Source: Oceanispirochaeta sp. (lineage in GTDB: Bacteria > Spirochaetota > Spirochaetia > DSM-2461). Taken from it: DNA of 64,000 bases. Under the pieces are notes generated by a model. That model was not told the DNA's origin and did not search any database. It saw nothing but the letters and a program-made list of their open reading frames with translations. The DNA lies in contig CAXXXD010000002.1 in NCBI GenBank assembly GCA_963663385.2, positions 1,696,001 through 1,760,000 on the forward strand, given 5' to 3'. A program made the translations under genes and the position numbers. Below are positions 9,225-19,510 of this stretch, piece after piece; within the stretch, counting starts at the first letter, position 1, and every line of letters starts with the position of its first letter.

Positions 9225-11021
9225 ATGAGCGCCAAAAAGTCAGAATACGATGAAAGTAAAATAAAAACCCTCAGTTCCCTGGAACATATACGCCTCCGTT
9301 CCGGTATGTATATCGGCCGGCTGGGAAACGGATCCAACCCGGATGACGGTATATATATTCTTATTAAAGAAGTAGTCGATAACGCCATTGATGAATTCAT
9401 CATGAGCTTTGGCAACCGCATCGACATTACTGTTGAAGAGAATAAAGTACAGGTACGGGATCAGGGACGCGGTATTCCCCTGGGTAAGATTGTGGACTGT
9501 GTTTCCATCATTAATACGGGAGCGAAATACAACGATGATGTATTTCAGTTCAGTGTAGGTTTGAACGGAGTGGGTACAAAAGCTGTAAATGCCCTCTCTT
9601 CCCACTTCCTTGTCCGGGCCTTCCGGGACGGCAAATATGCAGAGGCCTACTTTCAGCAGGGAAAACTTATAAAAGAAAAAAAAGGAAGCGCTCCGGACGA
9701 ACCGAACGGAACATTCGTGGAATTTATCCCGGATGTTGAAATCTTCGGGGAGTACGCTTTCAATCCGGAATTCCTTGAACAGCGGTGCTGGAACTACGCC
9801 TGTCTGAACAGGGGGCTCAGGCTCTACTTCAATAAACAGAAGTTTGAGTCGAAAAAAGGGCTATGGGATCTGCTAAATGCCGAAGTGGGGGATACGACCC
9901 TCTATGAAATAGGGTATTATAACACGGATAAAATCGAGTGTGCCTTTACCCATACCAATACCTACGGAGAGAGTTATTTCTCCTTTGTTAACGGCCAGTT
10001 CACATCCGACGGGGGAACACACCTCAGCGCCTACCGGGAAGGCCTTTTGAAGGGGGTTAACGACTTCTTTAAAAAGAACTACTCCGGAACGGATGTCCGG
10101 GAAGGTATGGCCGGCGCCATAGCTGTAAAAATCAAAGAACCTGTTTTTGAGAGTCAGACAAAAAACAAACTGGGAAACTCGGATATCCGGGGCTGGATTG
10201 TCAATGAGACCAAAGCGGGGATTGTCGATTTTCTGCATAAGAATAAGGAAGCCGCCAGGGCCATGGAAAACAAGATCATGACCAACGAAAAGCTCCGGAA
10301 AGAGCTCAATGCGGTCAAGAAAGAGGCCAAGGCGGCAGCCAAGAAAATCTCCCTTAATATACCCAAGCTGAAGGACTGCAAGTTCCACAGACAGGACGGT
10401 CCGAAGGGGGAGGGATCCACCATCTTTATTACCGAGGGACAGTCGGCAACCGGATCAATGGTATCCTGCCGGGATGTCTACCTTCAGGCTATCTACTCCC
10501 TGCGCGGTAAACCCTGGAATACATTCGGGAAAAGACAGACCGAGATATACAGGAATGAAGAACTTTTCAATCTGATGATGGCCCTGGGTATTGAAAACTC
10601 CATCGAGGATCTCCGGTACGATAGAATCGTTCTGGCCACCGATGCCGATACGGACGGTTTTCATATACGGAACCTGCTGCTCACCTTTTTTCTGAACTAT
10701 TTTGAAGATCTTGTTCTGGCCGAACATGTCTATATTCTGGAAACCCCCCTTTTCCGGGTTCGGAACAAGAAGCAGACTGTCTACTGCTACAACGAGAAGG
10801 AACGGGATGACGCCATGCGGGCCATCAGGGGGCCGGAAGTAACCCGCTTCAAGGGACTTGGTGAAATTTCACCCAAGGAGTTCGGTCAGTTTATCGGGGA
10901 GGATATGCGGATAGTTCCCGTGGATATCAAATCCATGAAGGATGTCAGCGGGATTCTGGAATTCTATATGGGTAAAAACACACCGACCAGGCGTCAATAT
11001 ATTATGGAGAACCTTGTCTGA
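9225..11021 (+). CDS. parE: DNA topoisomerase IV subunit B
   Basis: EHIRLRSGMYIG, EVVDNAIDE, GLNGVG, EGQSA, LRGK, DADTDG, RFKGLGE; ATG 9225 preferred over the track start at 9141. Confidence 0.9.
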   Translation: MSAKKSEYDESKIKTLSSLEHIRLRSGMYIGRLGNGSNPDDGIYILIKEVVDNAIDEFIMSFGNRIDITVEENKVQVRDQGRGIPLGKIVDCVSIINTGAKYNDDVFQFSVGLNGVGTKAVNALSSHFLVRAFRDGKYAEAYFQQGKLIKEKKGSAPDEPNGTFVEFIPDVEIFGEYAFNPEFLEQRCWNYACLNRGLRLYFNKQKFESKKGLWDLLNAEVGDTTLYEIGYYNTDKIECAFTHTNTYGESYFSFVNGQFTSDGGTHLSAYREGLLKGVNDFFKKNYSGTDVREGMAGAIAVKIKEPVFESQTKNKLGNSDIRGWIVNETKAGIVDFLHKNKEAARAMENKIMTNEKLRKELNAVKKEAKAAAKKISLNIPKLKDCKFHRQDGPKGEGSTIFITEGQSATGSMVSCRDVYLQAIYSLRGKPWNTFGKRQTEIYRNEELFNLMMALGIENSIEDLRYDRIVLATDADTDGFHIRNLLLTFFLNYFEDLVLAEHVYILETPLFRVRNKKQTVYCYNEKERDDAMRAIRGPEVTRFKGLGEISPKEFGQFIGEDMRIVPVDIKSMKDVSGILEFYMGKNTPTRRQYIMENLV

Positions 11022-12955
11022 TGGCATATATAAATAAAATTTTCGATACAAACTTCATTGAATACGCATCCTATGTTATCAAGGACAGGGCCATTCCGCA
11101 TCTGAATGACGGACTTAAACCGGTACAGCGCCGAATCATGCAGTCCCTTTTCGATACGGACGACGGAAAATTCAACAAGGTAGCCAATGTGGTAGGCCAC
11201 TGTATGCAGTACCATCCTCACGGTGATGCCTCAATTTACGGCGCTCTTGTCAATCTGGCCAATAAGGACCTCTTCATTGATAAACAGGGAAACTTCGGTA
11301 ATATCTTTACGGGAGACCCTGCCTCGGCTGCCCGGTATATTGAATGCCGGATGCTGCCTTTTGCCAAGGAAGTTCTTTATAATCCCGAGATTACCGAATT
11401 TGAAGACTCCTATGACGGCCGGCGTCAGGAGCCTGTAACCTTTCCCAGTAAACTTCCTCTTCCCCTGATTCTGGGGGCGGAAGGTATCGCCGTCGGTATG
11501 TCTACCCGAATCCTTCCCCATAATCTTATAGAAGTTATTGAAGCGGAGAAGGCCTGTCTGAGGGGTGAGGAATTTGAACTCTACCCGGATTTCCCGACCA
11601 GTGGCCTGGTGGATGTTTCCGACTACAGGGAAGGAAACGGGAAGGTCCTGTCCCGGGCCCGTCTGGACACTTCAGATCCTAAAAAAATAACCATAACCGA
11701 GCTCCCTTTCGGTACAACCACAGAAACCCTTATTGCCTCCATTGAGAATGCCGCCCGTAAAAACAAGATCAAGATAGGCGGCATTAACGATTTTACTACA
11801 GATCAGGTTGAAATTGAGATAAAGCTCCCCCGCGGGGTGCATACAAAGGATGTTCTGGAAGGACTTTATGCCTTTACGGACTGCGAGGTTTCCATCTCGG
11901 TGAATCTCCTGCTGATAAAGGATCATAACCCTGTACAGATGACAGTTCCCGAAGTGATCCGCTATCATGCGGATCAGCTGGTTCTTATTCTGAAGAAGGA
12001 GCTGGAACTGGAGGAGGGGCAGCTTCTGGACAGGCTCCATGCCCGGAATCTGGAGCGGATCTTTATAGAAGAGAGAATCTATAAGCGGATTGAAGAGATG
12101 AAAACTCCCGAATCAATCATTCTGGCGGTCCGGGACGGGTTCAAGCCCTTTCTGGAAGAAATCAAAAGGGATATCACCGAAGAGGATATTGATCGTCTTC
12201 TTAAAATCCCCATCAGGAGAATTTCCCTTTACGATATCCAGAAAATGAAAAAGGAGATGGACGAGATCAGGGCCCGTATCGGGGAGATCCGGAAGCACCT
12301 GAAAAATATCATTGCCTATGCCATCTCCAATCTGGACGGTTTTCTGGAAAAACAGGGAAAGAAACATCAGCGGAAAACGGAACTGATGGCAATAGAAAAA
12401 GTCGATATCCGTGATGCCGCGCAGAAAAACCTGAAAATCCGTTACAACAAGGATACCGGGTATATCGGGTCCGATGTTTCTTCGGGTGTTGTTATGTGCG
12501 ATGCCTCGGTGTACGATCGTATTCTGGTTATCCGCAAGGACTGTACCTACCAGATTATGGATGTGCCCGATAAGTTTTTTATCGGCAAAGGACTCCTCTA
12601 CTGCGGACTCACCGACAAGGAGACCCTGGAAAATACGGTATTCTCTGTGGTCTTCCGGAATATGGAGAACGGATACCCCTATATCAAGCGCTGCAGAATA
12701 ACCCAGTTTATTTTGAATAAAGTCTATGATCTGCTGCCTGAGAACTCCCAGTTTGTCAGGTTTACAACCAAAACAGATGTATCTGTTGTGGTGGACTTCA
12801 AACAGAAGACCCTGATCAGAACAGGGGCGGATACATTCCCCGTTGATGACTATCTTGTGAAAGGGGTGAAAGCCCAGGGCGTACGGATCAAACCGAAGGA
12901 ATTTACCAGTGCCAGATTTATCAAAACTGCGACTATCGAGAAAAAAGAGAATTAG
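11021..12955 (+). CDS. parC: DNA topoisomerase IV subunit A
   Basis: DGLKPVQRRI, YHPHGD, AARYIE catalytic Tyr; short C-terminal domain with no GyrA-box seen. Confidence 0.9.
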   Translation: MAYINKIFDTNFIEYASYVIKDRAIPHLNDGLKPVQRRIMQSLFDTDDGKFNKVANVVGHCMQYHPHGDASIYGALVNLANKDLFIDKQGNFGNIFTGDPASAARYIECRMLPFAKEVLYNPEITEFEDSYDGRRQEPVTFPSKLPLPLILGAEGIAVGMSTRILPHNLIEVIEAEKACLRGEEFELYPDFPTSGLVDVSDYREGNGKVLSRARLDTSDPKKITITELPFGTTTETLIASIENAARKNKIKIGGINDFTTDQVEIEIKLPRGVHTKDVLEGLYAFTDCEVSISVNLLLIKDHNPVQMTVPEVIRYHADQLVLILKKELELEEGQLLDRLHARNLERIFIEERIYKRIEEMKTPESIILAVRDGFKPFLEEIKRDITEEDIDRLLKIPIRRISLYDIQKMKKEMDEIRARIGEIRKHLKNIIAYAISNLDGFLEKQGKKHQRKTELMAIEKVDIRDAAQKNLKIRYNKDTGYIGSDVSSGVVMCDASVYDRILVIRKDCTYQIMDVPDKFFIGKGLLYCGLTDKETLENTVFSVVFRNMENGYPYIKRCRITQFILNKVYDLLPENSQFVRFTTKTDVSVVVDFKQKTLIRTGADTFPVDDYLVKGVKAQGVRIKPKEFTSARFIKTATIEKKEN

Positions 12956-14177
12956 ACCTTCTCTACCTCTACCTCTGCTGTTTCTTCTGTTGGCCGCCCC
13001 GGTACTGGCCGCTCAGGAAGGGGTTGTATTTTCATTCGATCCGGGAGAAAAATACCGTGTTATAGAAAAATTCAACCTCAGTCAGTACCGGGACGGCCGT
13101 TATACGGGCCATGTGTACAGGGAGAACAGGGGCATTTATGATGCCGAGCCTGCAGGATCCGGCCTCTATAAAATAAGCGGTACCGTTTTTGAACTTCAGG
13201 AGACGGCAAAGGACGGATTCAAGGTTGCAGCAGCCCTGCATGGGCAGAGTGATACGGAGTATACCGCCAGCGACAGAGGTTTTATGCTGGTTTCCGGAAC
13301 AGACTGGCCCCGGTTGAGGAGTTTTCCCACTTTCCCGGAAGAGGCGGTTTTCCCCGGGGATAAATGGGAAGCCGGGCTTGAGATGGTTGTCAGCTCTCCC
13401 GACGGTCTTCAGAAAGCGGTCCTGCCCCTTTATTGTGAGTATACCTTCAAAGGCAGTGATGTCTGGGAAGGACGACCCGTCTATGTGATCCAGGCCCAGT
13501 ATGCCGCCCGTTACAGACAGGGGCGGTCCCGGGAGGCGGACTCTTTTCTGAAAAATCTGAGCGGGAAGCATGTCGTCTCTCTTCTGATAGATCAGGAGAC
13601 AAGGGAATTCCTTTTGATGAAGGATCTGATGGAGGAGGAGTATCTCTATACGGACGGTTCCACCCGCAGGGAGAAAGGTTTTCTCCTGACGTTCTATAAG
13701 GGAATTGCCCTGCTGGACAGAACGGGACTGAGCCGTCAGGTGGAAGCCACCCTGGCGGATAACCTTAAAGAGACCTATGAAGAGCGGGGGGAAGACTGGA
13801 AGGAGCAGGTTACACTGGAAGAAAGAGAGGAGGGGCTGGCCCTGAATCTGAACAACCTTCATTTTCTGCCCGATCAGGCTGTGCTCCTGCCTGAGGATAT
13901 CCCCCTTCTGGATACCCTGGCGGATATACTGAAAACCGTGCCGGACAGGACCTTCCTGGTCAAGGGGCATACCGCAGATATCGGAAGCCTGGAATCCCAG
14001 ATCTATCTTTCCCAGGTCAGGTCAAAAACCATCGTGGATGAACTGACAGCCCGGGGGATAGACCCGGAAAGGTTCCTGTATTCCGGGGTGGGAGGACTGG
14101 AACCGGTGGGGGACAACAGTACCGATGAAGGCCGTAAAATGAACCGGCGGGTGGAAATCCTCATCCTGGAAGACTAA
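12909..14177 (+). CDS. OmpA-family exported protein (start uncertain)
   Basis: Signal peptide (LLFLLLAAPVLAAQE); C-terminal GHTAD...LSQVR...NRRVEI OmpA-like domain. Confidence 0.85.
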   Translation: MPDLSKLRLSRKKRIRPSLPLPLLFLLLAAPVLAAQEGVVFSFDPGEKYRVIEKFNLSQYRDGRYTGHVYRENRGIYDAEPAGSGLYKISGTVFELQETAKDGFKVAAALHGQSDTEYTASDRGFMLVSGTDWPRLRSFPTFPEEAVFPGDKWEAGLEMVVSSPDGLQKAVLPLYCEYTFKGSDVWEGRPVYVIQAQYAARYRQGRSREADSFLKNLSGKHVVSLLIDQETREFLLMKDLMEEEYLYTDGSTRREKGFLLTFYKGIALLDRTGLSRQVEATLADNLKETYEERGEDWKEQVTLEEREEGLALNLNNLHFLPDQAVLLPEDIPLLDTLADILKTVPDRTFLVKGHTADIGSLESQIYLSQVRSKTIVDELTARGIDPERFLYSGVGGLEPVGDNSTDEGRKMNRRVEILILED

Positions 14178-14178
14178 T

Positions 14179-14203
14179 CCCCGGAATCGGGGCTTTTGCT
14201 TTT
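14179..14203 (+). terminator. Possible intrinsic terminator after the OmpA-family gene
   Basis: CCCCG-GAAT-CGGGG followed by CTTTTGCTTTT. Confidence 0.45.
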
Positions 14204-14227
14204 AAAAAAACCGGGTATAGTGTATTC

Positions 14228-15073
14228 TTGAAATTGATCATGACAGAACTACTAAATCTAGAACAAAAGCCCCTTGTTATGGGCATAATCAACTGCACAC
14301 CAGACTCATTTTTCAGCGGCAGCCGTAATGAGGTTCCGGGTGAGGCGCTTCTTACGGCATCCCGGATGATAGGTGAGGGAGCCCGGATCCTTGATGTGGG
14401 GGGGGAATCCACCCGGCCCGGGTCATCCTATGTCAGTCTGGAAGAGGAGATTCAAAGGGTTATCCCCGTTGTGGAGGCTATTCGAAGCCTTCCTGCAGCG
14501 GAGGGTATTCTTATTTCCGTAGATACCCGGAAAAGGGCCGTGGCCGAAGCGGCTCTCGATGCCGGGGCGGATATTATTAATGATATTTCCGCTCTCAGGG
14601 ATGATCCGGATATGCTCCCCCTGGTGGTAGAGCGGGACTGTCCCGTATGCATCATGCATATGCAGGGGACTCCCGAGAATATGCAGATTAACCCCGATTA
14701 TTCTGATGTGGTGGAGGAGGTTAGGCGCTTCCTGCTTGATACAGCGGAAAAAGCCGTGGCAGCCGGAGCCGAACCCTCCCGTATTATCCTTGATCCGGGC
14801 ATCGGTTTCGGAAAGAGGCAGGAGGATAACCTGGCTCTGATCAGGCATATCGATCAGTTTGCGAAAGAAGGGTATCCGGTTCTTATGGGACTGTCCCGAA
14901 AATCCTTTATCGGCAGGATCCTGAATGATGCGCCTCCGGAGGAGAGACTGATCGGATCCTTGACAGCTAACGGCTGGTGTGCCGCTAAAGGGGTCGACAT
15001 CCTGCGGGTTCACGATGTAAAGGAAACGGTGGATATGATCCGGGTTCTGAAGGAGATACAATGGACTGGCTGA
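14228..15073 (+). CDS. folP: Dihydropteroate synthase
   Basis: MGIINCTPDSF, GGESTRPG, DPGIGFGK, SRKSF, RVHDV. Confidence 0.97.
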   Translation: MKLIMTELLNLEQKPLVMGIINCTPDSFFSGSRNEVPGEALLTASRMIGEGARILDVGGESTRPGSSYVSLEEEIQRVIPVVEAIRSLPAAEGILISVDTRKRAVAEAALDAGADIINDISALRDDPDMLPLVVERDCPVCIMHMQGTPENMQINPDYSDVVEEVRRFLLDTAEKAVAAGAEPSRIILDPGIGFGKRQEDNLALIRHIDQFAKEGYPVLMGLSRKSFIGRILNDAPPEERLIGSLTANGWCAAKGVDILRVHDVKETVDMIRVLKEIQWTG

Positions 15074-15858
15074 CAGATACCTGGATTCTCAATGAGCTGA
15101 TCCGTCCTTTTATCGATATCGCTCTCCTGGCCTATCTTATCTATAAGGCTTACAGCATTATGGAAGAGACCCAGGCTATTCAGCTGCTGAAGGGTGCCTC
15201 CATACTGGCTCTCATCTACGTGGGTGCCTGGATACTTAAACTGAATACCCTGCTCTGGATACTGAATATGCTGGCCCCCGGTATCTTTATCGGTCTCGCC
15301 ATTGTGTTTCAGCCGGAACTGCGGAGTATTTTTACACGGATAGGACAGCGGGATCTTTTTAAAATACAATCGCGGAACCGTTCCCTCCAGATGGACTCCA
15401 TTATCGGAGCGGCTGAGGTCTTGTCGGGTAAACGCCGGGGTGCACTGATTGTCTTTTCGCGGAATGTGGGGTTGAAAAATATTATCGACACGGGAACCAA
15501 GCTGAACGCAGACCTTTCATCCAGTCTGATCATTACCATATTCGGGCATGATACGCCTCTGCATGACGGAGCTCTTGTGGTTCAGAACAGCAGAATCGTC
15601 GCAGCGGGGTGTTTTCTGCCCCTCTCCCGGCAGCCGGATATCCGGAGGAGCTTCGGTACCCGCCACAGGGCTGCTCTCGGTCTGGCGGAAGAAACCGATG
15701 CGGTTGTTCTGGTTGTATCAGAAGAGACCGGGGCTCTCTCTCTGGCTTATGATTCCCATATTTTCTATGCCCTGAGTATGGAGGAAGTGCGATACAGGCT
15801 CAGGCAGCTGCTTAATCTCAGGGAAGATGCACTGGAAGAAGCGGGAGGTCTGGGATGA
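15061..15858 (+). CDS. cdaA: Diadenylate cyclase CdaA
   Basis: Three N-terminal TM segments, FQPELR, HDGA and GTRHRAA motifs. Confidence 0.95.
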   Translation: MDWLTDTWILNELIRPFIDIALLAYLIYKAYSIMEETQAIQLLKGASILALIYVGAWILKLNTLLWILNMLAPGIFIGLAIVFQPELRSIFTRIGQRDLFKIQSRNRSLQMDSIIGAAEVLSGKRRGALIVFSRNVGLKNIIDTGTKLNADLSSSLIITIFGHDTPLHDGALVVQNSRIVAAGCFLPLSRQPDIRRSFGTRHRAALGLAEETDAVVLVVSEETGALSLAYDSHIFYALSMEEVRYRLRQLLNLREDALEEAGGLG

Positions 15859-16814
15859 GCCGGAACCAGTTCTTTCAGGGGTTCTTCAATAACTGGATGG
15901 CCAAGATAGTCTCCATACTTGCTGCGGTGCTACTTTCTGTGATGTATCAGATCAACACCCTGCAGGAGAGGGTTCTGAGTGTTCCCCTGACAATCATAAC
16001 GGATGAAAACTTTGCTGTAACAGGAGACTATCCAAAGAATGTCAGGGTCTCTCTGAGGGGATCCGAGGAGCAGATTTTTTCGGTACTGGATAATGATATC
16101 CGGGCCGTCGCGGATTTCAGTTCCTCCACCAGCGAAGGTTCCTACAGAGCCCCCGTTCAGATCCGTTTCAACAAGCAGTTTCCCCTTTCCGAGGAAACTC
16201 TTGAAATCCTGGTAGAACCGGGTGATATCACCATCTATCAGGAGGAGAATATCATCAGGAGCCTTGAAATTGTTCCGGTGCTGGTGGGATTCCCTCCCAA
16301 CGGATATGAACTGGTACAGTACTTCCTGTCGCCATCGTCCGTTATGGTACAGGGTCCCCGGAGTCAGATGGAATCCATAAATTCCATCAGTACGGAAGAG
16401 GTGGACCTGTCCAATCGTTATGATGATTTTTCCCTTTCCACGCGCCTTATTTCTCCGGGGGAGAATGTCTACTTTCCCGGTGGGGATATTGTGGAGATCC
16501 GGGGTGTTATAGACGAATCGATTATTGTTCAAACCCTGACGGAACAGCCTATTGTTACGGTCGATCTGGCTTCCAGCCTTTTTATTACAGAAGCACTGCC
16601 TGAGATCACTCTTACCATACAGGGGCCCCAGCTTCTTCTGGAAACACTCAGGCCCAGGGATTTCCACTTCTTTCTTGACTGTTCCAATATAGCGGTTCCG
16701 GGAACCTATACCCTTCCTATCCGGGCCGATGTACCCCCCGGGATAGCTGTATTGAAATATTTCCCCAGAGAGATCCCCATTACGTTTGATTTGAACAGGG
16801 AGGCAAAGGATTGA
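15855..16814 (+). CDS. cdaR: CdaR/YbbR-like protein
   Basis: NNWMAKIVS TM start, YbbR-like beta repeats, directly after cdaA. Confidence 0.85.
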   Translation: MSRNQFFQGFFNNWMAKIVSILAAVLLSVMYQINTLQERVLSVPLTIITDENFAVTGDYPKNVRVSLRGSEEQIFSVLDNDIRAVADFSSSTSEGSYRAPVQIRFNKQFPLSEETLEILVEPGDITIYQEENIIRSLEIVPVLVGFPPNGYELVQYFLSPSSVMVQGPRSQMESINSISTEEVDLSNRYDDFSLSTRLISPGENVYFPGGDIVEIRGVIDESIIVQTLTEQPIVTVDLASSLFITEALPEITLTIQGPQLLLETLRPRDFHFFLDCSNIAVPGTYTLPIRADVPPGIAVLKYFPREIPITFDLNREAKD

Positions 16815-17185
16815 TCCTCGGAACAGGAATCGATATGGTTGTAATCGACAGAATACGGAAGTGGCTTGAGGATCCGGATCTGCTGGAGCGGTATTTCTCT
16901 GCAGATGAAATCCTGTATGTACAGAACCGCGGTAGAAGCGCTGCCGCCTCTCTTGCCGCCCGTTTTGCTGCGAAAGAGGCTTTCGGAAAAGCCCTGGGAC
17001 GGGGGCTGAAAGGGTTGGCTCTGAAGGATATCAGAGTATTTTCGGACAGTAGCGGCCGACCCGTGCTTCAGCTGGATGGCAGTGCGGAGAAGGCCCTGCG
17101 GGAAGCCGGCGGAAACCGGGTTCACCTGTCCCTGACTCATGACGGTTCCATGGCAATAGCACAGGTCATTATAGAGGGAGAGTGA
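16811..17185 (+). CDS. acpS: Holo-ACP synthase
   Basis: GTGIDMV, ARFAAKEAFGKALG, SLTHD. Confidence 0.96.
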   Translation: MILGTGIDMVVIDRIRKWLEDPDLLERYFSADEILYVQNRGRSAAASLAARFAAKEAFGKALGRGLKGLALKDIRVFSDSSGRPVLQLDGSAEKALREAGGNRVHLSLTHDGSMAIAQVIIEGE

Positions 17186-17186
17186 C

Positions 17187-18050
17187 ATGGCTGAAGAAAA
17201 AAAAGTAAAACTGACTTTCTACCAGAAACAGCCGACTGTCTGTCCCGTGTGCGATAATACCTTTCAGAAGGAGGATCTCCTCTCCGGCGGCGGCCGGATG
17301 AATGCGGGAGATCTGACAAAAGAACTGCACCGGGAGTACAGACCCACCGGCAAATTCGGTAAGGTTTTCCCCCTGCTGTATCCTGTTACCGTATGTCCTT
17401 CCTGTTTTTATGCGGCCTATCCCAGTGATTTCCCGAATGTGGACAGGGCGAGAATCGGCCGCCTCAAAGAAGAGATAGGGGAGAGGAAATCCGTTACAAA
17501 AAAGATCTTCCCCGGGCTGGATTTTCAGGAGAATCGGGGGCTTGCCGAAGGGATCGCCTCCTATATCCTGGGAATAATGTCCTATGAATCGGCATCCGCC
17601 GGTTGTGCTCCCACCCTGAAACAGGCTCTCTGCTGTATACGGGCCTCCTGGTTATCCATGGATTTCCATAAGGAGGAACCGGAGGAAAACTACGATTATC
17701 TGGCACATATCCTCTACAGGAAGGCAGGATACTTTTATAGAAGAGTTGTCGATCTTGAACAAAATGGAAAAGAATCGGTCGAGGGGATTCCCCATCTGGG
17801 GCCGGATATAGATAATAACTACGGTTTTGACGGTGTTATGTATCTGGCCGGTTACCTGGAATACAGGTACGGTCAGAGAGGAAATCCGGAACGCAGAGTG
17901 GCGCAGCTGAAAAAGGCGCGTTCCACTGTCTCCCGGATTGTGGGGATGGGCAAATCCTCCAAGTCGAAACCATCCGCTCTTTTGGATTTAGCGCGGGATC
18001 TGCATAAAGCGATTAAGGAAGAGTTGGATGAAATCGGATGCACAACGTAA
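17187..18050 (+). CDS. DUF2225-family protein
   Basis: CPVC...CPSC Zn-ribbon, helical C-terminus; usual position between acpS and truA in spirochaetes. Confidence 0.8.
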   Translation: MAEEKKVKLTFYQKQPTVCPVCDNTFQKEDLLSGGGRMNAGDLTKELHREYRPTGKFGKVFPLLYPVTVCPSCFYAAYPSDFPNVDRARIGRLKEEIGERKSVTKKIFPGLDFQENRGLAEGIASYILGIMSYESASAGCAPTLKQALCCIRASWLSMDFHKEEPEENYDYLAHILYRKAGYFYRRVVDLEQNGKESVEGIPHLGPDIDNNYGFDGVMYLAGYLEYRYGQRGNPERRVAQLKKARSTVSRIVGMGKSSKSKPSALLDLARDLHKAIKEELDEIGCTT

Positions 18051-18801
18051 TATACGCCTGGATATTTCCTATGACGGAACGGACTTTCAGGGGTGGCAGA
18101 TTCAGAAAGAGGACCGTACGGTACAGGGGGAACTGGAGAAGGCTCTGGCCCGGCTCCATAACCATCCTGTCAATCTGACAGGTTCGGGACGTACGGATTC
18201 GGGGGTTCATGCCAGCAGGCAGGTTGCAAACTTCTACTCGGATCATCCCAGCATCCCGGATGAAAAATTCAGAGAGGCATTGAATTCTCTGCTGCCCCGT
18301 GATGTGAGGATTATGAAGAGTCAGGAGGTCCCCCGGGAATTCCACTCCCGTTTTGATGCCCGGTGCCGGGTGTATAAATACTATATTCTCAATGCGGATG
18401 CCGGAGAAGCTCATTTCCGGAACTTTTCCTACTTTACAAAGCCTCCTCTGGATGTGAACCGGCTGAATCGCCTGGCCGGGCCTTTGACCGGTACCCATGA
18501 TTTCACTTCTTTTGCGGCTGTAAGGGATATGAATGAGAATAAGGTCAGGAGGATCTTCAGTGCCCGTTTCCTGAGGGAAGGTCCGTTTATCGTTTTCCGG
18601 ATTGCCGGAAACGCCTTCCTGTGGCGAATGGTTCGAACCCTGGTGGGAACTCTGATGGAACTGGACAGTATTAAAGCCGGTCCGGAAGAGGTTAAAAGGA
18701 TCCTGGAAGGACGGGACCGGAATCTGGCGGGACCTGCGGCTCCGGCAAGGGGATTATTTCTTCATAAGGTGTTATATGAATCAGAAACAACAATATACTG
18801 A
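18028..18801 (+). CDS. truA: tRNA pseudouridine(38-40) synthase
   Basis: YDGTDFQGWQ, SGRTDSGVHA, FLWRMVR, APARGLFL. Confidence 0.96.
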   Translation: MKSDAQRNIRLDISYDGTDFQGWQIQKEDRTVQGELEKALARLHNHPVNLTGSGRTDSGVHASRQVANFYSDHPSIPDEKFREALNSLLPRDVRIMKSQEVPREFHSRFDARCRVYKYYILNADAGEAHFRNFSYFTKPPLDVNRLNRLAGPLTGTHDFTSFAAVRDMNENKVRRIFSARFLREGPFIVFRIAGNAFLWRMVRTLVGTLMELDSIKAGPEEVKRILEGRDRNLAGPAAPARGLFLHKVLYESETTIY

Positions 18802-19510
18802 GTTCTGGGAGCTCCTCTCCCTGACCGAAGACTATATAAAATATGGTAAGAAATCCGGGGAGTATACAATCCCTGATTTTACAGAGGCAGCAGACTCCCT
18901 GCAGACAAATGCCCCCGAGGTGGAATCTCCCGGTCTGGAAATCAGACCGAACAGGGAGCATCCTCTCATCCGGCTCCCATCGGATAATGCCTGCCGCAAC
19001 TGCGGAATGGCCAAGATGGGTAAAAAGCCCCTTGGCGCGGTCGGTTGTGAAACCCCCAGGCTGCTGATACTTTGCGGTCCCCCTTCCGTGGGAGCGGAAC
19101 AGAATCAGATCCCTCTTGCCGCGGAAGAGATGGATTATGTTCTGAAATGGATCAGCGCTATCGATCTGTCTCTTGAACGGGATGTTATGCTGCTGAACTT
19201 TCCCCGCTGCCGTCCCCCCGGAAACAGACCTCCTTTTCCGGAGGAGATGAACGGCTGCGCCAGTGTTGTAAGAACGTTCATCGGAAAGCATAAACCCTCT
19301 GTTATTCTGACGCTGGGGCCGGTCCCATCAGCCTATTTTACGGGAAACCCCGGTCTGAAAGTGAGCGAAATCCGGGAAGGCGTTGCCCAGTGGGAGGGAG
19401 TGCCTGTCCTTTCAACCTACAGCCCGGATCAGGTCCTGACCTACCATGAGCTGAAAAGACCTGTCTGGGAAGATCTCAAGCGGGTGCGGAACTTTATCAA
19501 TGGGGCCTGA
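18776..19510 (+). CDS. Uracil-DNA glycosylase family-4-like Fe-S protein (catalytic motifs degenerate)
   Basis: CRNC and N..CRPPGNR.P...E...C are present; GE(A/G)PG and HP motifs are replaced. Confidence 0.75.
   Translation: MNQKQQYTEFWELLSLTEDYIKYGKKSGEYTIPDFTEAADSLQTNAPEVESPGLEIRPNREHPLIRLPSDNACRNCGMAKMGKKPLGAVGCETPRLLILCGPPSVGAEQNQIPLAAEEMDYVLKWISAIDLSLERDVMLLNFPRCRPPGNRPPFPEEMNGCASVVRTFIGKHKPSVILTLGPVPSAYFTGNPGLKVSEIREGVAQWEGVPVLSTYSPDQVLTYHELKRPVWEDLKRVRNFINGA

Noticed and set aside
9225..12955. gyrB/gyrA
   Set aside because: Short subunits, no GyrA-box seen; sequence style fits topoisomerase IV
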